64,000 nt of DNA from an uncultured Methanosarcinaceae archaeon. Its GTDB lineage: Archaea; Halobacteriota; Methanosarcinia; Methanosarcinales; Methanosarcinaceae. The stretch spans positions 1 through 64,000 of the forward strand of contig CAVTET010000007.1 of the NCBI GenBank assembly GCA_963733675.1, given 5' to 3'. Below the pieces are notes generated by a model. That model did no database searches. It was not told the origin of the DNA and saw nothing but the letters and a program-made list of their open reading frames with translations. Position 1 is the first letter of the stretch. Every line of letters begins with the position of its first letter. This document shows positions 57,723 through 64,000 of the stretch, piece after piece. The translations under genes and the position numbers were made by a program.

Positions 57723-57941
57723 TGGATGATTTTCTGTAAAATCGTAAATCTCTATATTTGGAGTATTTTTTTTCTTCTCGTTTATTATGTTTTGATTTTA
57801 AATATGGCTTCTGCTATCCTTAAAATATTTCATTTATTTTTAATATCATCACTAACTAGCATTGATATTAATAAAATCTATGCATTTTCCGTTAAATAAG
57901 TGTAAAAAATGCTCTAGAATGTTGACTGAAACTGGAAAAAC

Positions 57942-57968
57942 GCACAGGTTTTGATACAAAAACTGTGC
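57942..57968. other. 27-bp palindromic 11-5-11 site
   Basis: GCACAGGTTTT-GATAC-AAAAACTGTGC. Confidence 0.6.
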
Positions 57969-58076
57969 ATCAGTTAAAATTAAAAAGAATACGATAAACC
58001 CCTAAATATTATGACAATATTTAAAACTATTACGAAGCAGTTAATATATAAATAGAAATAAGTAGACAGTGTTGAT

Positions 58077-58619
58077 ATGGCTGAACGGCAAGTAGAAAGT
58101 GTGGTTATCGAAATCCCAAAAGGAAGTCGGAACAAATACGAGTATGATAAAAAACAGAAAGTCATTAAATTTAACAGAATGCTTTATTCTTCAATGGTAT
58201 ATCCCTGTGATTATGGGTTTTTTCCCGATACTATAGCACTTGATGGTGATCCCTTAGATGCCCTTGTTTTAACATGGGAACCTACATTTCCAGGATGTGT
58301 AATAGATGTATACCCTATCGCATTGTTTGATATGGAAGATGATAAGGGAATAGATGAAAAGATACTCTGTGTTCCAAAGAGTGATCCATTGTGGAATTAT
58401 ATAGAAACAATTGAACAGGTTCCTCCTCACCTATTAAAGGAAATCACTCACTTTTTTGAAACTTATAAGAATTTAGAGAACAAACACGTGATAATTATTG
58501 GTTGGGAAGGTCTCAAAACAGCAGCCAATATACTCCAAGAAGCTAAATCTCGATATATTGAACAAAATGAAATTGCGGATGGTCACCTTACCCTTAACAA
58601 GCTGTCTGACAATTACTAG
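58077..58619 (+). CDS. ppa: Inorganic pyrophosphatase (family I)
   Basis: EIPKGSRNKYE, YGF.P, DGDPLD, DEKI, FFETYK. Confidence 0.95.
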   Translation: MAERQVESVVIEIPKGSRNKYEYDKKQKVIKFNRMLYSSMVYPCDYGFFPDTIALDGDPLDALVLTWEPTFPGCVIDVYPIALFDMEDDKGIDEKILCVPKSDPLWNYIETIEQVPPHLLKEITHFFETYKNLENKHVIIIGWEGLKTAANILQEAKSRYIEQNEIADGHLTLNKLSDNY

Positions 58620-58819
58620 CAATAATAAATATTAATCATCTATCAATTAGCTCGTTTTTATTAGTAAATCCATATTTCCATAAAGCATCAATGAAATGCG
58701 GAACAAAAAAACCGAAAAATGACTATACTTTTATTTTTGAAACAAAACCAACTAAATAATAGAGGACTATCCATGCTTGCATAAATTATTTATTTAATAT
58801 TGGTAAACTTCTCCCTGAA

Positions 58820-58879
58820 AGATGATGAAGTCCACCTAGATCTTTAAATCTAAACCGCTTATGCTAATGACTTCTACAC
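58820..58879 (+). ncRNA. Fluoride (crcB) riboswitch
   Basis: GATGATGAAGTCCACC...AAACCGC...GCTAATGACTTCTAC directly upstream of crcB. Confidence 0.85.
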
Positions 58880-58898
58880 AATCATCGAGGCTTTTGAC

Positions 58899-59297
58899 TT
58901 GTACATACTTCTATTAGTAGGCATAGGCGGTTTCATAGGCTCTATCTTGAGATATACTTTAAGTGGATGGGTACAGAGTAATCTTGTTAATTTCCCGGTT
59001 GGTACTTTGGCTGTAAATGTTAGTGGCAGCTTCCTTTTGGGGTTAATAATGTACCTTTCTGAGTATCAAGAACTCTTTGGCGAAGAAACCAGGATATTTC
59101 TGACAATTGGATTAATCGGTGGCTATACAACATTATCAACATTTAGTTATGAGTCATTCAGATTATTAGACGATTCAAAACTAACACTAATGGCAATAAA
59201 TTTGATGGCCACAGTATTATTTTCCATGTTTGCAGTGTATTTAGGGAAAATTGTGGCTTTGAACTTTTACACGTATCTGCTAAGGGGAATTAGATGA
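58899..59297 (+). CDS. crcB: Fluoride channel CrcB/Fluc
   Basis: GGFIGSILRY, GTLAVN, GLIGGYTTLSTF. Confidence 0.95.
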   Translation: MYILLLVGIGGFIGSILRYTLSGWVQSNLVNFPVGTLAVNVSGSFLLGLIMYLSEYQELFGEETRIFLTIGLIGGYTTLSTFSYESFRLLDDSKLTLMAINLMATVLFSMFAVYLGKIVALNFYTYLLRGIR

Positions 59298-59680
59298 AAA
59301 AAGAATCTCAGGCTATATTATTGAGAATATTCATTGGAGAGTCTGATAGGTATAACGGCAAATCGATGTATATACATATACTTGAGATGCTCAAAAATGA
59401 AGGAATCGCAGGGGCAACTGTCTTTAGAGGCATTGCTGGTTTTGGAAAACACAGCCGTTTTCATACAACATTTATATTGCAGTTATCCACTGACCTGCCA
59501 ATACTTATCGAAATAGCTGATCTCGAAGAAAAAATTGATAAGATCAAACCAAAATTGGACGAAATAATTACCCAAGGGTTGATCACAGAAAAAAAATTAA
59601 AATTGTATTTTATGACTACAACAAAGAGAAATGAAATCTTCGTTACAATATCCTTACGCAGTGAACTGGGAAATCAATAA
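59294..59680 (+). CDS. DUF190 family protein (C-terminus probably frameshifted)
   Basis: LRIFIGESD, GIAGATVFRGIAGFG, LSTDLPILIE. Confidence 0.88.
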   Translation: MKKESQAILLRIFIGESDRYNGKSMYIHILEMLKNEGIAGATVFRGIAGFGKHSRFHTTFILQLSTDLPILIEIADLEEKIDKIKPKLDEIITQGLITEKKLKLYFMTTTKRNEIFVTISLRSELGNQ

Positions 59681-59907
59681 CATCAAACCTTCAATTGTCT
59701 AAGAAATGATTTTAACCACACTATCTAAAGTACTTGATTTTATACTTCACGTGCTTAAATTATAATGAAATTGGCGATTAGACCCGAAGGAACCTTTGCT
59801 GATGTCAGTGTATTAAAATGTATACAGTATATCTAAAGTTCTGTAAATTCCGATAGATATTATCCCCTTTCTTTACAACAAAAAGAAGATTTATCGTTTT
59901 TATTGAT

Positions 59908-59934
59908 GTGGAAGTTTTCATACAAAACCTATCA
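59908..59934. other. 27-bp 11-5-11 site
   Basis: GTGGAAGTTTT-CATAC-AAAACCTATCA. Confidence 0.4.
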
Positions 59935-60041
59935 TCTCGGGATTAAGGGAATTCAAACCTTTGGACCAAAGCTATACTGCTGTTCAATAATTTTATCATG
60001 AAATCAAAGCACTTATAGCACTCATGACAGGCTATGAATTT

Positions 60042-60228
60042 TCACTGTCCCTTCGTTGCTCTGTCTCCTGCCTTATCCGCTTCTTTCTGACAAACATAAG
60101 CTCCGCTCTTGGTGTTCCCGTACCAATGTTGACCTTTGTAATGATAGATGCCTGTCGGAAGATTAAGCCACACAACAGTATCTGTTGGACAATGCCGTTT
60201 TTGTCTGCTTGAATGTTGGGTTTTTCAT
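60042..60228 (-). pseudogene. Fragment of a small conserved protein (bacterial-type family)
   Basis: HCPTDTVVWLNLPTGIYHYKGQHWYGNTKSGAYVCQKEADKAGDRATKGQ, out of frame with the ATG. Confidence 0.6.
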
Positions 60229-60512
60229 TTATTTAGACTCCAAAATTTTCTTATACATACAGTTAGAAATATATTTGATAATTAAAAAATTTTGGCGTAA
60301 TAAATAGTTTTAATTTGTTAGGCTGTAGTTGTAATATTTTTAACTTAGTAAGTTAAAGAGTGCTTTACTTTTAACCCTACTGCATAGTCAACTTCATGTA
60401 AAATTCACTACCCATTACCTTCATTCGCTAGAATGACCTGTTTTATTACAATAATGTATATTAGGTCTCAATAAATACAACAATTGGAAACAAATGGAAA
60501 TGTTTTTTAATT

Positions 60513-60986
60513 ATGTTTCCAAATTACCATAATATGCCGGAAACAAAGAGAAAAATTTGCGTATGGGTTTCTACTGATATGTATAACAGTGTAGTAAAAG
60601 CAGGTTATGATAGTCCTACAGTTGCCGTAATAAAAGGTTTTGAATTATTACTAGGAGAAGCGGAATGCCGGCAAAATGCCGGCAATTTGGAACAAGCTGC
60701 CGCACAAATTACGGCGGATAATCATAATTTAAAAAATGAAGTTCAGAGACTTACTTTAGCGCTTCAAGACACACCAGATCCTAGTGAACTTGCACAACTA
60801 AAAGCTAGGTATGAAGAGTTAAAAAAGCATAACGAAACTTTAAAAGCAGAGCTTGAGAGTACACGCCAGAGAGAGCAAGATCTTAAAAAGACGTTTGATA
60901 ATTATATGGTTCAAGTTCAAACCCTAATCAATCAAAAAGCAGTTGAAGCACCGGGATCTAAGAAACCATGGTGGCGTTTTTGGTAA
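60513..60986 (+). CDS. RHH plus coiled-coil protein ending KPWWRFW (paralog of 47543-48022)
   Basis: Same architecture and tail. Confidence 0.75.
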   Translation: MFPNYHNMPETKRKICVWVSTDMYNSVVKAGYDSPTVAVIKGFELLLGEAECRQNAGNLEQAAAQITADNHNLKNEVQRLTLALQDTPDPSELAQLKARYEELKKHNETLKAELESTRQREQDLKKTFDNYMVQVQTLINQKAVEAPGSKKPWWRFW

Positions 60987-61069
60987 GTTCAACTACAATA
61001 ATACAAACTGATAAAAATTGATAATAACTTAGTTTATATTAAAAATAAATTAAGTTAGAGTGAAAAATA

Positions 61070-61428
61070 TTAAATAGTTTGATACTTTTGATTTTCGTTA
61101 CCCAAATTAAACTTTTCTAGAATTTGTGCCCTAATGCCATCTGCATAATTGATTGCTATATCAACAATCACATTCTGATTCTCTGAAACCAGATTTGTTT
61201 TCTTAGTTCCAAAAGAACTTTTGCAGCCTCAGCATTACATTTTTGAATGTATTTATAGAACTGATAATACTTTCCTGATATCTCTGTCTTCCCCTTGTTC
61301 ATCCAGTCATTGAATGTCTTATAGATTATGCCGGCTGATTCAGCAGCAAGAGCATATGTCAATCCAAGAGACACACCATCGCCAATTCATTTGGTTACAT
61401 CAGACGTCATTTTGGTTGGTCTAGACAT
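61070..61428 (-). pseudogene. Decayed paralog of the TerS-like HTH gene at 47011
   Basis: MSRPTKMT..., LGLTYALAAESAGIIYKTFNDWMNKGK; frameshift and internal deletion. Confidence 0.8.
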
Positions 61429-61871
61429 GGTCGCACCGTTTTTTATTTATTGTAATTAATATTAGTGAATTTTGTATTTAATATTTAGTTAGTTTTGTTC
61501 TGAATGAAGGCGGGATTGCTACCAGCTAAATCAAAATAGAGCCACTCTCAGACGCTGTGAGCCAGTTTATTGACTAAGGCAATGGGTAAAAACATTAGAC
61601 TCTTCACAAAAGCCTTACTAGTAGCCCCAGAATAAGTCATTTTCCGACCAAATTAATTCCTCATGATTTAACTATCATTGCACGGTAAGTACCTTCACGA
61701 TATTTTTCCATATAGTTTTATAACATTATAATAATAAAAATTATGTTAACTAAGATATTTGCTTAGATTTTTAGCTAGAATTTCACTTCTATTCTATACT
61801 ATTTAGTTATAACTAATACTATTTAATATATATGCAAAAACTATATATTGGGTCAAATATAACTGTAAGTA

Positions 61872-61954
61872 TAGGATTCTCTCAAACCTTCAATTAAAAC
61901 CTACTCATGGACTGCAGGTAGCAACACCCTGCAGTTCACAAGATCAACTTTTTT
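61872..61954 (+). ncRNA. Putative sRNA, copy 5
   Basis: Promoter GCAAAAACTATATAT; GGACUGCAGG...CCUGCAGUUC-ACAAGAUCAAC-U6. Confidence 0.6.
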
Positions 61955-62204
61955 GACATTTTAGATTAGCCTGATCGCCTAAAGGGATTAAGTAAAAGAA
62001 CTTTCATTTCGGAATTTGAGCACATAATTGATCAATGTTAGCTCTTTGTGTTATATACTCTGCAAAAGTTTGCTGCTGATATTTGTGCAAAGATATTAAG
62101 TAGCACAAAAATCAGGATTACATAACTTATTAAAATTAGTTTAAGTTAGTACTATTTAGACTATATGCAAAAGAGATATAACAAATCAAACAGAATTGTA
62201 AAGT

Positions 62205-62281
62205 ATAGGTTTCCCCACCTTCTAATAGATTTTCCATTGGGCTGTAGGTATTCCCCCGCAGCTCATAATATCCACCTTTTT
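62205..62281 (+). ncRNA. Putative sRNA, copy 6
   Basis: Promoter GCAAAAGAGATATA; GGGCUGUAGG...CCCGCAGCUC-AUAAUAUCCACC-U5. Confidence 0.55.
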
Positions 62282-62847
62282 GATATTTTAGGTTAACCTG
62301 ATCACCTGAGCTAATAAAAATTTCTGTTTAAGATCAATATTTTTGCTCATGTTCGCCCTATTTAACTATATTAATTTCTAGTTGAAGTAAAGGGCCATTT
62401 TTTCTTGTAAAATTTAAAGAAGAACAAGGTTCTGTCCGACTTATTACCTTACAATAAACGGATTATCATTTGTTGAATGATTTAAGCCTTTTTAAGCACA
62501 ATGGGTAACCACCAGAGATAAATTAAAACAGAATGTGGAGACTGAGATTGAGTCATTTATTGATTATCGTGAAGACTCCCGGCTGTTGTAATTCTCGAGA
62601 TAATGACTGCATAATGTTCTGACTCTTTAGTTTTAGTCGTGAAATAAGAATAGATGTGAAAATATCCAACTGTCCAAACATCACAAGTTTATTAAGTGAA
62701 TACTGGAATAAAAATGACAACTGCTCTTCCTCAATAATTAGATATTGTATTTATTATGTAAGAGTATGAAGATCAAAATGTCAATGAAGTATTATGCTAG
62801 TATGTGAAAAAAGGGTTATCAAAAGAAAAAAGTAATTAATACTATAT

Positions 62848-62985
62848 TTAAATAGCCTTTGTAGAAGAGTCTGTTTTTATACAGTCTGCTTTTAAGATAG
62901 ATTCAGATGCCGCCGGTTTAGCCATATTTTCTGCATTGTTAGCGTTATTAACTATAGGTAATACTTTTGAATCTGATTTTGTCAT
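62848..62985 (-). CDS. Conserved 45 aa small protein (paralog of 45917-46054)
   Basis: MTKSDSKVLPIVNNANNAENMAKPAASESILKADCIKTDSSTKAI. Confidence 0.55.
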   Translation of the reverse strand: MTKSDSKVLPIVNNANNAENMAKPAASESILKADCIKTDSSTKAI

Positions 62986-63312
62986 ACTATATATCTTCAT
63001 ACAGTTTATTATATTTAATGCAGACTTATATTTAGTAATTACCTGTACAATATAGATCAATTGTAACCTATAAGTATTAATGTATTTTTTAATTTCTTTA
63101 TGAAGTCTAACTACTATATTTAAAAATAAAATACCTATATCTAGCAGTTTTATTTTGACAAAACTTAATTAATCAAAACAATTTAAGTACAAAACAAAAA
63201 GCTATCTCTCTAAGATGATTTATGTACATATACATATGTATATAGAAATTGCTTCAATAAGATATAGATAGATACTCTCACTCTTATAACAAAACTTACA
63301 AGCCCACAAAAG

Positions 63313-63461
63313 GGTTCTGTTGCAAAAATAATTTTACTGCTTTTGTAGGCTATAACTATTGCTTTTTGTATCATTATTGACCTGTTTATGGCGTGTAAAT
63401 ATCCTATTTGTGATGTTTTTTACTGGTTTTGTAAAATAGCCAGATTTTTTGCAACAGAACC
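63313..63461. mobile_element. IS6-family-derived MITE (149 bp)
   Basis: GGTTCTGTTGCAAAAA / TTTTTGCAACAGAACC ends match IS6-type inverted repeats; imperfect 8-bp flanks CACAAAAG/GAAAAAAG. Confidence 0.8.
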
Positions 63462-63651
63462 GAAAAAAGCATACATATTTAATTTTAAACAAACATGTTT
63501 ATTTCCAGTCTAACTTGCTTTTTTGTCTCAAGAGGTAGTAATTAATTTTGACGAAAGAGGTCAATGAGTACTTTTTTGAAGCTCAATATAAGTAATTTAA
63601 GCTTTGAATCCCAGAAAAGGGGGTTCAAAATATTCTATTATTTTTAAAAAA

Positions 63652-63925
63652 ATAGGGCAATATCGATTACCTTAAGAAATGTTATTATTGCCCTGGAAAT
63701 TAGGTGACCAACCATTTTAAATTATACATGGAGACTACATTTATCAACATGAAATAAACAACAATAAAAGATTGCTTGTGCAGTTAGTGAGATGATTAAT
63801 CCGATATTTTAAAGCTGATTTTTCCCTAACTGTTTAACTCGTTCTGTTAATAGACGGAATACTGCTTAATGGTATTGTGTTACATTGATCAAAAGCATAG
63901 GTTTTAATGTAACAAAACTGTGCAT
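63652..63925. repeat. ~250 bp dispersed repeat, copy 3
   Basis: Colinear with 56993-57264; ends in the palindromic site. Confidence 0.85.
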
Positions 63926-64000
63926 TAAAAAGAGTCAAGAAAAGGTTGTTACATTCTTTGATTATGGCTAGATATTATGTGAGATAATCCTTGTCAGAAA

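Noticed and set aside
59683-59696. TCAAACCTTCAATT match to the 5' part of sRNA copies 4 and 5
   Set aside because: A single 14-mer in AT-rich DNA without the hairpin; may be chance.

Overview
AT-rich archaeal DNA, most likely Methanosarcina (inferred from gene content, GGAGG/GGTGA ribosome-binding sites, BRE/TATA promoters and repeat families). It is an accessory, heavily decayed region with three parts. (1) 1-30 kb is a Ni/Co/Cu island: two ECF cbiM/nikM modules, a separate nikQO, nikR with three candidate operators, two tandem nicotianamine-synthase-like genes, a His-rich peptide, frameshifted copB, and surface or secreted proteins. (2) 36.8-48.8 kb is a ~12 kb element bounded by ~315 bp inverted repeats that truncates an MNT-HEPN locus. 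It encodes a divergent regulator pair, iterons, an SF1 helicase, a fused PriS-PriL primase, a small-terminase-like HTH protein and an RHH/coiled-coil protein, plus an array of putative structured sRNA genes. It has no integrase, transposase or capsid gene. A decayed inverted second copy of its right half lies at 60.4-63.1 kb. (3) 49-60 kb holds an oxidative-stress cluster (fur pseudogene, GC-rich katG, katE and rubrerythrin relics), a decayed tRNA-Leu, orc1/cdc6 with a candidate origin, and a ppa / fluoride riboswitch / crcB / DUF190 module. A family of 27-bp palindromic sites (11-5-11) marks many module junctions. All calls come from reading the sequence by eye; no database searches were run.
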